Shown here in pieces: positions 7,102 through 14,777 of a stretch of 31,589 nucleotides of DNA. The stretch lies in IMG/VR virus record IMGVR_UViG_3300045988_127337, positions 1 to 31,589 of that record. One strand, 5' to 3'. Each line of letters starts with the position of its first letter. The stretch's first letter is position 1. The notes under the pieces were generated by a model. That model was given only the letters and a program-made list of their open reading frames with translations. It was not told the origin of the DNA and searched no databases. The translations under genes and the position numbers were made by a program. Source of the stretch: a virus (Duplodnaviria > Heunggongvirae > Uroviricota > Caudoviricetes).

Positions 7102-7487
7102 AGCTGATCTTGCCTTTCCCGCCCAGCGTGAACACGTACTGGCGACACCCCAACAAAGGGGCGTTTGCTGGTAAGAGTCTGATAAGCGCAGCGGGGCGCA
7201 AATTCCAGAGCGCGGCGTGCGCAGCAATAGTTGAGCAGTTACGTCGTCTGCCGAAACCAACGTCGGCACCTGCTTCAGTGGAGATCGTGTTGTTTCCTCC
7301 GGATAACCGGATCCGCGATCTGGACAACTATAACAAGGCGCTGTTTGACGCCCTGACCCACGCGGGTGTGTGGGAAGACGACAGTCAGGTGAAAAGAATG
7401 CTGGTGGAGTGGGGACCGGTTATCCCGAAAGGGAAGGTCGAGATCACTATCAGTAAGTACGAGAAAACGGCGGGTGCAGCCGCCTGA
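7098..7487 (+). CDS. rusA: RusA-family Holliday junction resolvase
   Basis: 129 aa. Motifs LPFPPSVNTYWRH and RDLDNYNKALFDALTHAGVWEDDSQV match E. coli RusA by eye. GAGAGGGG ribosome-binding site. Confidence 0.85.
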   Translation: MKLILPFPPSVNTYWRHPNKGAFAGKSLISAAGRKFQSAACAAIVEQLRRLPKPTSAPASVEIVLFPPDNRIRDLDNYNKALFDALTHAGVWEDDSQVKRMLVEWGPVIPKGKVEITISKYEKTAGAAA

Positions 7488-7506
7488 TCAAGAGGAGAAA
7501 CGAAGT

Positions 7507-8316
7507 ATGAATAATCTGATGGTCATTGATGGTATTGAAGTTCGTCGTGATGCTTATGGGCGTTACAGCCTGAACGATCTGCATCGCGCAGCAGTAGCAT
7601 CTGGTGCAAATGCCAGAACCAAGGAGCCGGGAAAGTTTCTTTCCAGCCAACAAACTGTTGAGCTTGTTCATGAATTGACCAACACCCAGAATTTGGGTGT
7701 TGACCCGGTGAGTGTGATTCATGGGGGAAATGAACGGGGAACTTATGTCTGCAAGGAACTGGTGTATGCCTATGCAATGTGGATCAGCCCGTCATTCCAT
7801 CTGAAGGTGATCCGTACTTTCGACATGGTAACCAGCGCACCGGAAAAATTATCCGGACAGGCTGCTGACAAGATGCAGGCTGGTGTGATTCTGCTGGACT
7901 TTATGCGTCGGGAGTTAAACCTGTCTAACTCATCTGTGCTTGGTGCCTGTCAGAAACTCCAGGAGGCTGTTGGCTTACCGAATCTGGCACCGCGCTATGC
8001 CATTGATGCTCCTGCTGATGCACACGATGGCTCAAGTCGCCCGACACTGTCACTGAGTGCACTGCTGAAACAGTATGGTATCCGCCTGACGGCTAATCAG
8101 GCATATCACCAGATGGCGAAGCTGGGGATCGTTGAACAACGCGAACGATACAGTCGTACCGCGATTAACAACATCAAAAAATTCTGGTCGCTGACAGCGA
8201 AAGGCTGCATGTTCGGCAAGAACATCACCAGTCCCGCAAATCCGCGCGAGACGCAGCCGCATTTCTTCGAATCCCGATTCCCTGAGCTGTTAAAGCTGCT
8301 CGATACCGTTCATTGA
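7507..8316 (+). CDS. KilA-N domain protein (antirepressor-like)
   Basis: ATG at 7507 with AGGAG upstream. N-terminus (VIDGIEVRRDAYGRYSLNDLHRAA) is typical of a KilA-N domain. Confidence 0.7.
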   Translation: MNNLMVIDGIEVRRDAYGRYSLNDLHRAAVASGANARTKEPGKFLSSQQTVELVHELTNTQNLGVDPVSVIHGGNERGTYVCKELVYAYAMWISPSFHLKVIRTFDMVTSAPEKLSGQAADKMQAGVILLDFMRRELNLSNSSVLGACQKLQEAVGLPNLAPRYAIDAPADAHDGSSRPTLSLSALLKQYGIRLTANQAYHQMAKLGIVEQRERYSRTAINNIKKFWSLTAKGCMFGKNITSPANPRETQPHFFESRFPELLKLLDTVH

Positions 8317-8317
8317 G

Positions 8318-9313
8318 GTGACCGTGAGAGCACTACTGACCCCTGAAATTGCCCCACGTATGGGGATCGTATTGTTCAGACCAGGTTCAGAGCTGATGCC
8401 CCTGTTTATGCAGGGGCGTGTCCTGCTGGAGCCTGAGCCGGAACGTTATTCATCTTTTGCCAGTGGTGCCGTTCCGGCGGCATCACAACCGCTGGCGGAT
8501 GATCCTGCCGTTCGGGCCGTGTTCCGCAATGAGACAGTGATCCGTCGTGCTGGTGGGGTGGAATGTCTTGAAAGCTGGTTACTTCGTGAAAAAGGCTGCC
8601 AGTGGCCTCATTCCGACTGGCACAGCGAGAACATGACCACAATGCGACACGCTCCGGGCGCAATCCGTCTGTGCTGGCACTGCGATAACCAGCTGCGCGA
8701 TCAGTTCACGGAACGGCTGGAATCAATGGCAACGGATAACTGTGCCCGCTGGATGTTGTCTGTTGTGCGTCGGGATCTCGGTTTTGATGATAGTCACGTT
8801 GTGACAATGCCGGAACTGTGCTGGTGGCTGATTCGTAATGACCTGGCGGATGCCTTACCGGAAAGTGCAGCCCGTAAGGCACTGAGATTACCAAAGCCTG
8901 TTGTGCCGTCTGTCACCCGGGAAAGTGACCTTGTGCCTTCGGTTCCTGCCACCAGCATCATCCAGGATAAGGCAAAAAAGGTGCTGGCGCTGAAAGTGGA
9001 TCCGGAGTCGCCGGAGTCTTTTATGTTACGCCCAAAACGTCGCCGCTGGGTTAATGAAAAGTACACGCGCTGGGTTAAGACACAGCCGTGTGCATGTTGT
9101 GGAAAGCCTGCTGATGATCCCCACCACCTGATAGGCCATGGTCAGGGTGGAATGGGTACAAAAGCGCATGACCTCTTTGTGTTGCCTTTGTGCAGAAAGC
9201 ATCACGACGAGCTGCATGCGGATACCGTGGCATTTGAAGAGAAGTATGGTTCCCAACTGGAGCTGATATTTCGTTTTATCGATCGTGCGCTGGCAATTGG
9301 CGTGCTGGCCTGA
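8318..9313 (+). CDS. DUF968-like phage protein with a C-terminal Cys/His (HNH-like) motif
   Basis: C-terminus CACCGKPADDPHHL...CRKHHDELH. Start uncertain: GTG at 8318 or GTG at 8324, the latter with GAGGTG upstream. Confidence 0.6.
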   Translation: MTVRALLTPEIAPRMGIVLFRPGSELMPLFMQGRVLLEPEPERYSSFASGAVPAASQPLADDPAVRAVFRNETVIRRAGGVECLESWLLREKGCQWPHSDWHSENMTTMRHAPGAIRLCWHCDNQLRDQFTERLESMATDNCARWMLSVVRRDLGFDDSHVVTMPELCWWLIRNDLADALPESAARKALRLPKPVVPSVTRESDLVPSVPATSIIQDKAKKVLALKVDPESPESFMLRPKRRRWVNEKYTRWVKTQPCACCGKPADDPHHLIGHGQGGMGTKAHDLFVLPLCRKHHDELHADTVAFEEKYGSQLELIFRFIDRALAIGVLA

Positions 9314-9331
9314 TTTTTTCGGAGAAAGTTG

Positions 9332-9718
9332 ATGCGTAATATACAGATGATCCTTGAACGTTGGGGGGCATGGGCAGCGAGTGATAGCTCAGGAGTTGAC
9401 TATTCGTCTATAGCTGCTGGGTTTAAGGGGCTTCTTCCATATACCAGAAAGACACGTCTAGCTTGTTCAGATAGTGATGCATTAATTATTGAAGGTAGCC
9501 TTGCTCTTCTTAAGAAGAGAAAACCGTACGAACATTCTTTGATTGTGGCTCATTACCTGTATGGCATCTCGAAAAGAAAGATCGCAAAGGCACGTAATAA
9601 AGACGAAAAATTGATACGTATCGAGATACAGGTTGCTGAAGGTTTTATCGATGGCTGCCTAAGTATGCTGGATGTGAAACTTGAAATGGATGACTACTCT
9701 GAGTCTCCTGTAGCATGA
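9332..9718 (+). CDS. Late-gene antiterminator Q (QuuD/phage-82 type)
   Basis: 128 aa. MRNIQMILERWGAWAA...SIAAGFKGL...LKKRKPYEHSLIVAHYLYG matches the recalled DLP12 QuuD sequence closely. ATG at 9332 with GGAG upstream; the listed start at 9329 is a TTG. Confidence 0.85.
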   Translation: MRNIQMILERWGAWAASDSSGVDYSSIAAGFKGLLPYTRKTRLACSDSDALIIEGSLALLKKRKPYEHSLIVAHYLYGISKRKIAKARNKDEKLIRIEIQVAEGFIDGCLSMLDVKLEMDDYSESPVA

Positions 9719-10329
9719 AATAATGAAACGACCATATGTCTTACATAATATGGTTGATTTGTAGCTGGATGCAATGTTGTACTCATGAATCGCAAGGGAT
9801 TATCCTCGTCGGTTGTAATTTTTGCATCAGCTACTTCCTGCTGAAGATGCTTTCGCCAGTCATCAAGTCTCTCGCCAGATTTCTTAATTTTACAGTAAAT
9901 GATAATGCCACCATGGTTGTCACGCGCAGTGCCAGTGCCATATCGCTCGTTGAGCTGGTTCCATCCACCTAAGATGTACGCAGGACCTTTCCATAATTTA
10001 GCTTCGCCAATCCATGCAAATCGGCCGAGCTGATGTTTAACTAATATATCTATATGCCCTCCATGCTGAGTGTCATGTTCAGCGTCATAATTACGGCCTT
10101 TCAAAAAAGCAATAATAACTGATGTGAGCTCATCTTCACCCCACTGCTGTGTTTGATACATATGTTTTTGGGTTTCCAAAACATACATCGCGTCATCAAG
10201 GTCAACGTAAAGTTGCTTCACGAAATCGTCGTGACTTGCTGCAAATTTTCGCTTAAGAAAACCAGACAATTCAGGGTCAAATTGACTTAAGGTGTCTAAT
10301 TGGGCAAGGTTGAAATTACATTCACTCAT
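9694..10329 (-). CDS. Hypothetical protein, 211 aa, with a PD-(D/E)xK-like nuclease motif; third gene of the antisense accessory operon
   Basis: Strong GGAGG Shine-Dalgarno. Start overlaps the upstream gene's stop by 8 nt (ATGAGTGA). Motif GHIDILV...(17 aa)...WIGEAKLW fits D...ExK. AT-rich by eye. 3' end overlaps the 3' end of Q by 25 bp. Confidence 0.65.
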   Translation of the reverse strand: MSECNFNLAQLDTLSQFDPELSGFLKRKFAASHDDFVKQLYVDLDDAMYVLETQKHMYQTQQWGEDELTSVIIAFLKGRNYDAEHDTQHGGHIDILVKHQLGRFAWIGEAKLWKGPAYILGGWNQLNERYGTGTARDNHGGIIIYCKIKKSGERLDDWRKHLQQEVADAKITTDEDNPLRFMSTTLHPATNQPYYVRHMVVSLFHATGDSE

Positions 10330-10744
10330 GTAATTCCTCCAAAGCCTCAGTAGGAGTGAAGTATGGGAACAAATAATGATTATAATTATCGACTAATTGA
10401 CCACTGTAAGGATGATAAAACTTACCTGTATGAAGCGCATGAGACACGTCATCATCATCGACGGGAATAGGATCACTATCGTCAGACTCGATATACTGGA
10501 AATGCATATCTAGCAAGTGCATTCTGTTGCTCGAAAGATAGTCAGTTACTTTGATCAGTAAAACTTTGGCATCGTTATTTTGCACATCAAGCTTAGTACC
10601 ATTAACCAAACTTACATATGTTATGTGTTTCAGTGACTTAGCTTCTTTGCTGGTTAAAAAATCAACCACAACACGACATAAATCTCCAACCGGCCCATGT
10701 AGGTCGTGGTTGATTTTCGAGTATATGTCGTGTTTAGTTAACAT
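10322..10744 (-). CDS. Hypothetical acidic protein, 140 aa; middle gene of the antisense accessory operon
   Basis: ATG at 10744, 10 nt after the upstream stop, with AAGAG upstream. AT-rich. No recognisable motif; Asp-rich patch DDSDPIPVDDDD. Confidence 0.6.
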   Translation of the reverse strand: MLTKHDIYSKINHDLHGPVGDLCRVVVDFLTSKEAKSLKHITYVSLVNGTKLDVQNNDAKVLLIKVTDYLSSNRMHLLDMHFQYIESDDSDPIPVDDDDVSHALHTGKFYHPYSGQLVDNYNHYLFPYFTPTEALEELHE

Positions 10745-10754
10745 AATCAACTCT

Positions 10755-11852
10755 TTATGCAGCCTCGTCAGTGGCTCGCTTTCTCTGTATGCTTGATAGT
10801 GACTCTAACATCTTGTTGATTACAAACAAAATATGCTCAATTGAGGAGCAACGATCTATGATTGCATCATAAAGGTGACTGTTCGGTTTATCAATCATAG
10901 CCCGTTTACCTGGCAGTATTAATTCTACAGGGAAAACTTGAGAAGCTGAATCAGTCAGATCCCAAATTTTACCGAGTTTGTATTTCGTTAGTATGGGACT
11001 TGCCTCTTCGCCCCCATGATGGTAGCTGTCTGAGCGCAAGCAGCTTTCACCCGGACGGAGTTTTAATGAGCTGGTGTTTCCATCTGATGTAAGAAATGAC
11101 ATCTGCGAGATTCTACCATCTGTTTGCTCGTACATTTCTTGTACTAATCCAAAGAGGTCAATGGGCGCAGGTAAAGTCAAACCAGTAGTAGTTCTAATAA
11201 ACTGATCAAGCAAAAATTGCTGTCGTTCCGACTCTGAACGAGGCATCACAGATAAATCAACAGTGAGCGCAAGTAAATGCAACTCGGGTAGAATCATTAT
11301 TGTATTAAAGCACTGTGTAACTTCACGTGTTTTACATTTGATTTCACCACCATTGGAGCGAAGAGCTAGCCCAGCATCGCTTAAATGGGTCGCGTCGAGT
11401 TCAATAGTTTCTGTGTAGTATGCTTTCGACGTAAGAATCGTTGTTTCTAAAGAAACTTTGTTTACGACAGAAAATGTAGTTTCTAAAAAATGAAGATCTG
11501 TATCAGCTGCAAGCAACACATCTTTAGGCAAAGGATATGGATAGCTTTCGCAAAAAACGGATTCGTCTCTTTCTAGGGCATTTATATTCTCCCGTAGAGT
11601 TTGCACTTCTTCCGGTTCTAACTTATACAGCTTAACTAAACGGGTCCCACTCAATAGTAAATTTTGCCATACTTCACCTATATGAGTACTTACAGCTTCC
11701 TGATCTACATCTTCTGTTGCTTGGAGCCTCGCGATAAATGGGTCAAGGCCAACTGATGTGACACCAAGTGGTTCCCCCACAATTTTTTTTGTGAGCTTCC
11801 ATCCAACACGTTCGGTGATATCTCTTAAAAGGTTGATCGTTTGCTCATTCAT
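10755..11852 (-). CDS. Hypothetical protein, 365 aa; first gene of the antisense accessory operon
   Basis: ATG at 11852 (MNEQTINLL); the listed start at 11894 is a TTG. AT-rich. No Walker, HEXXH or other catalytic motif seen by eye. Confidence 0.6.
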   Translation of the reverse strand: MNEQTINLLRDITERVGWKLTKKIVGEPLGVTSVGLDPFIARLQATEDVDQEAVSTHIGEVWQNLLLSGTRLVKLYKLEPEEVQTLRENINALERDESVFCESYPYPLPKDVLLAADTDLHFLETTFSVVNKVSLETTILTSKAYYTETIELDATHLSDAGLALRSNGGEIKCKTREVTQCFNTIMILPELHLLALTVDLSVMPRSESERQQFLLDQFIRTTTGLTLPAPIDLFGLVQEMYEQTDGRISQMSFLTSDGNTSSLKLRPGESCLRSDSYHHGGEEASPILTKYKLGKIWDLTDSASQVFPVELILPGKRAMIDKPNSHLYDAIIDRCSSIEHILFVINKMLESLSSIQRKRATDEAA

Positions 11853-12000
11853 AAGAAACCCTTTTTTGTATTTTTTTGTACTTTTTGAAGGCAATTTAGA
11901 TAGTCCTTAACATACTAAATTAACGAACATATTTCATTAGCACGGTCCGCAAAAAGTGATGTATCGTGTTAAGAGTGGTTACTTCGCCACACAACTTAAA

Positions 12001-12029
12001 CCCGCCGTCGAGCGGGTTTTGTCATTTCT
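12001..12029 (+). terminator. tR'-like intrinsic terminator upstream of the lysis cassette
   Basis: Hairpin cccgc-cgtcga-gcggg followed by ttttgtcattt. Sits in the position of the late-leader terminator that Q-modified polymerase reads through. Confidence 0.6.
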
Positions 12030-12170
12030 AGGCCTTGGTATTCGTTGGGCTTGGTCTATCTGGTACTTATCCATTGGCTCGACTTCTTTTACGTTTCCGC
12101 TTCTGATTTGCGGTACATGATGTTCCCTCAATTTGCACCTCCTGTATTGCGAGGTGAGAGATAACTACAA

Positions 12171-12497
12171 ATGCCTCATAACCCAAATACCTGGCTGGAG
12201 TTGGTCCAGAGCTGGTGGCGTGGAGACACACCGCTGGGCGCAGTGATTATGTCGATTGTTATGGCTGGTTTACGTATCGCCTATTTTGGCGGTGGTGGCG
12301 GCTGGAAGCGAAAAACACTCGAAATTCTACTCTGTGGCGCTCTGACGCTGACTTTTGCATCCGCTCTTGAGTATGTCGGATGGCCTAAATCACTATCTGT
12401 TGCCATTGGTGGTGGGGTGGGGCTGATCGGTGTCGATGCTATTCGTGGGGCTGCAATGCGAGTAATCGGTAACAAATTTGGTGGCTCTAAGGAGTAA
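12171..12497 (+). CDS. Holin
   Basis: 108 aa, hydrophobic membrane segments, directly upstream of the endolysin. GAGGTG ribosome-binding site. Confidence 0.75.
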   Translation: MPHNPNTWLELVQSWWRGDTPLGAVIMSIVMAGLRIAYFGGGGGWKRKTLEILLCGALTLTFASALEYVGWPKSLSVAIGGGVGLIGVDAIRGAAMRVIGNKFGGSKE

Positions 12498-12500
12498 TTT

Positions 12501-12977
12501 ATGCAGGTACTAAATTCCCAGCGTAAAGCTTTCCTTGATATGGTGGCTTGGTCAGAAGGAACGGATAACGGACGACAACCGACACGTAACCACGGTTATG
12601 ACGTTATTGTCGGTGGTGAACTCTTCACTGATTACTCCGATCACCCTCGCAAACTTGTCACGCTAAACCCGAAACTCAAGTCAACAGCCGCCGGACGTTA
12701 TCAGCTTCTTTCACGCTGGTGGGATGCCTACCGTAATCAGCTTGGCCTGAAAGACTTCTCTCCCAAAAGTCAGGACGCTGTGGCATTGCAACAGATTAAA
12801 GAGCGTGGCGCTTTGCCGATGATTGATCGCGGTGATATCCGTCAGGCAATCGACCGTTGCAGCAATATCTGGGCTTCATTGCCGGGTGCTGGTTACGGTC
12901 AGTATGAACATAAAATCGGTGATCTGATTGCCCGGTTTAAAGAGGCTGGTGGGGTGGTAAATGAAGTTGAGCTATAA
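12501..12977 (+). CDS. R: Endolysin, lambda R-like lytic transglycosylase
   Basis: 158 aa, near-identical by eye to lambda R over most of its length (QRKAFLDM.AWSEGTDNGRQ.TRNHGYDVIVGGELFTDYSDHPRKLVTLNPKLKST). Confidence 0.9.
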   Translation: MQVLNSQRKAFLDMVAWSEGTDNGRQPTRNHGYDVIVGGELFTDYSDHPRKLVTLNPKLKSTAAGRYQLLSRWWDAYRNQLGLKDFSPKSQDAVALQQIKERGALPMIDRGDIRQAIDRCSNIWASLPGAGYGQYEHKIGDLIARFKEAGGVVNEVEL

Positions 12978-13353
12978 GTTGGTTATCGCTGCATTCTTCT
13001 TTACTGTCATCGGTTCTTTCATCTGGTCTGCCAACCACTACTACAGCAAATATCAGCACGAAAAGAAACGTGCTGATGAGGCTGTACAAAATGCCAAATC
13101 GGCAACTGTCATTACCAATAACGTCCTGCAATCACTGCAAATCGTCAATACAGTTCTGGAGGCTAACCAGCATGCAAAACAGCAGATCACACTGGAGTCA
13201 CAGAGAACCCAGGAAGATATCAAAGTGGCTGTTGCGGATGATGATTGTGCTTCACGTCCTGTGCCTGCTGTCGCTGCTGACCGGTTGCAGAAATTCGCGA
13301 ACGGTTTACGTGAGCGCTCCGGTGGCACCACTGCCAGCCAGCCTGACTTCTGA
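12961..13353 (+). CDS. Rz-like inner-membrane spanin
   Basis: 130 aa; N-terminal transmembrane segment (LVIAAFFFTVIGSFIW) followed by a coiled-coil-like region. Overlaps the endolysin 3' end. Confidence 0.75.
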   Translation: MKLSYKLVIAAFFFTVIGSFIWSANHYYSKYQHEKKRADEAVQNAKSATVITNNVLQSLQIVNTVLEANQHAKQQITLESQRTQEDIKVAVADDDCASRPVPAVAADRLQKFANGLRERSGGTTASQPDF

Positions 13354-13513
13354 TACTCCTGTACCGTTTATACCCAATCCGCTGACGTATGGTGCCAGTC
13401 TGGAGTTGAATGTGAGTCTGTTGTCAGCGTTGGGACAATGCAATATTGACAAAGCGGGGATTAGAAAGATAGAGGCGAGCCGGTCAGGTAGAAATGAATC
13501 AGACTCAAAGTGA
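13238..13513 (+). CDS. Rz1-like outer-membrane lipoprotein spanin, in the +1 frame overlapping Rz
   Basis: Starts MMIVLHVLCLLSLLTGC, a signal peptide with lipobox L-L-T-G-C, followed by a Pro-rich segment. Begins inside Rz and extends 160 bp beyond it. Confidence 0.6.
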   Translation: MMIVLHVLCLLSLLTGCRNSRTVYVSAPVAPLPASLTSDTPVPFIPNPLTYGASLELNVSLLSALGQCNIDKAGIRKIEASRSGRNESDSK

Positions 13514-13806
13514 AGCGGAAAAGGTATGTGGCACAAACTGATGCTACCATAATTACAGCCTGATGACTTGTGGAATGAAACATGTTGAACCTCCTTAATT
13601 GATGTTATTCGAGTGAGGAAGGCATTCTGTCCTTCTATAGTGTCAAGTAAATCACACGGGAAACTTGCCTCACGCGTGAGACAAGCCTCTCCCATCAGTG
13701 AGTTGTATTGATCTCGACTCTTCAAAGAATTCATTACTGGGTAGATGAAAATAGTTTCACGACGAATGGAGGAGACTATGTCGGTGGCTTCTTCATTGGA
13801 GTACAT

Positions 13807-14157
13807 ATGCCACCACGAACCCCAAAAGCCTGCCGAGTTCGCGGCTGCCGCCATACCACGACTGACCCGTCAGGTTATTGCGAAAGCCACAAAAGCGAGG
13901 GCTGGAAGCAATACAAGCCAGGCCAGTCCCGACACCAGCGCGGTTATGGTTCGAAATGGGATGTTATCCGGGGGCGTGTACTAAAGCGTGACAAAGGCCT
14001 GTGTCAGTTGTGTTTGCGTGCCGGTGTGGTGCGTGAAGCGAAAACCGTTGACCACATCATCCCTAAAGCGCATGGCGGCACTGATGCCGACTGTAATCTG
14101 CAGAGTCTGTGCTGGCCGTGTCATAAGGCGAAGACGGCCCGTGAACGGTTGAAGTGA
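13807..14157 (+). CDS. HNH endonuclease, packaging-associated
   Basis: ATG at 13807 with GGAG upstream. Cys/His motifs CRVRGCRH...CESH and DHIIPKAHGGTDADCNLQSLCWPCH. Sits immediately upstream of the terminase genes. Confidence 0.8.
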   Translation: MPPRTPKACRVRGCRHTTTDPSGYCESHKSEGWKQYKPGQSRHQRGYGSKWDVIRGRVLKRDKGLCQLCLRAGVVREAKTVDHIIPKAHGGTDADCNLQSLCWPCHKAKTARERLK

Positions 14158-14183
14158 TAATGATTCTCAACTTCCTGAGGGGA

Positions 14184-14243
14184 GGGGCGGGTCAAATCCC
14201 TGCGGCCTGACGTCTTCCGGACTGCCCGCCCCATCGTTTTTTT
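14184..14243 (+). terminator. Long GC-rich hairpin plus T-run between HNH and terminase genes (terminator and/or cos-region element)
   Basis: Arms ggggcggg (14184..14191) and cccgcccc (14225..14232), then atcgttttttta. Confidence 0.45.
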
Positions 14244-14282
14244 ATACCCGCGAAAAATGAAATTTAACCAGGAGTGCCGCAT

Positions 14283-14777
14283 ATGGCTGGAACGGCGGGG
14301 CGTTCCGGGCGTCGCCCCAAGCCAACGGCGCGCAAGGCGCTGGCCGGAAACCCCGGCAAGCGAGCCCTGAATAAAGATGAACCTGTTTTTACGCCCATCA
14401 AAGGTGTTGAGCCACCGGAGTGGTTCGCTGAAGAAGATCTCCCTCTCGCTACGATCATGTGGCAACTGACAACTAAAGAACTCTGCGGTCAGGGCCTGCT
14501 GTGCGTGACTGACCTCGCGGTGCTTGAGCGGTGGTGCGTGGCCTACGAGTTCTGGCGACGTGCCGTGAAAAATATTGCCAGACAGGGCAACACCATCACC
14601 GGTGCAATGGGCGGTATGGTCAAAAATCCGGAGCTGACCGCCAAAAAAGAACAGGAGTCCGAGATGAGCAGTACGGGGGCAATGCTCGGACTCGACCCCA
14701 GCAGCCGCCAGCGTCTGATTGGCCTGGCGGGGCAGAAGAAAGCCACTAACCCGTTTCTGAAAATCATCGAATCATGA
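14283..14777 (+). CDS. Terminase small subunit (P27-family type)
   Basis: ATG at 14283 with AGGAG upstream. N-terminus [14 protein letters not shown] is typical. Directly upstream of and overlapping the large subunit. Confidence 0.75.
   Translation: MAGTAGRSGRRPKPTARKALAGNPGKRALNKDEPVFTPIKGVEPPEWFAEEDLPLATIMWQLTTKELCGQGLLCVTDLAVLERWCVAYEFWRRAVKNIARQGNTITGAMGGMVKNPELTAKKEQESEMSSTGAMLGLDPSSRQRLIGLAGQKKATNPFLKIIES

Noticed and set aside
10755-11894. Listed 379-aa start at 11894 for the first accessory-operon gene
   Set aside because: Codon 11894..11892 is a TTG with no Shine-Dalgarno. The in-frame ATG at 11852 (MNEQ...) is preferred, though the true start remains uncertain.
9329-12170. Shiga toxin or another known toxin at the Q-lysis junction
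   Set aside because: The three proteins encoded here show no resemblance by eye to StxA/StxB (no signal peptides of the right size, wrong lengths and orientation). The cargo is therefore treated as uncharacterised rather than a known virulence cassette.
13306-13854. 182-aa minus-strand ORF across Rz/Rz1 and the HNH start
   Set aside because: Antisense to well-supported plus-strand genes at both ends; low-complexity translation. Treated as spurious.
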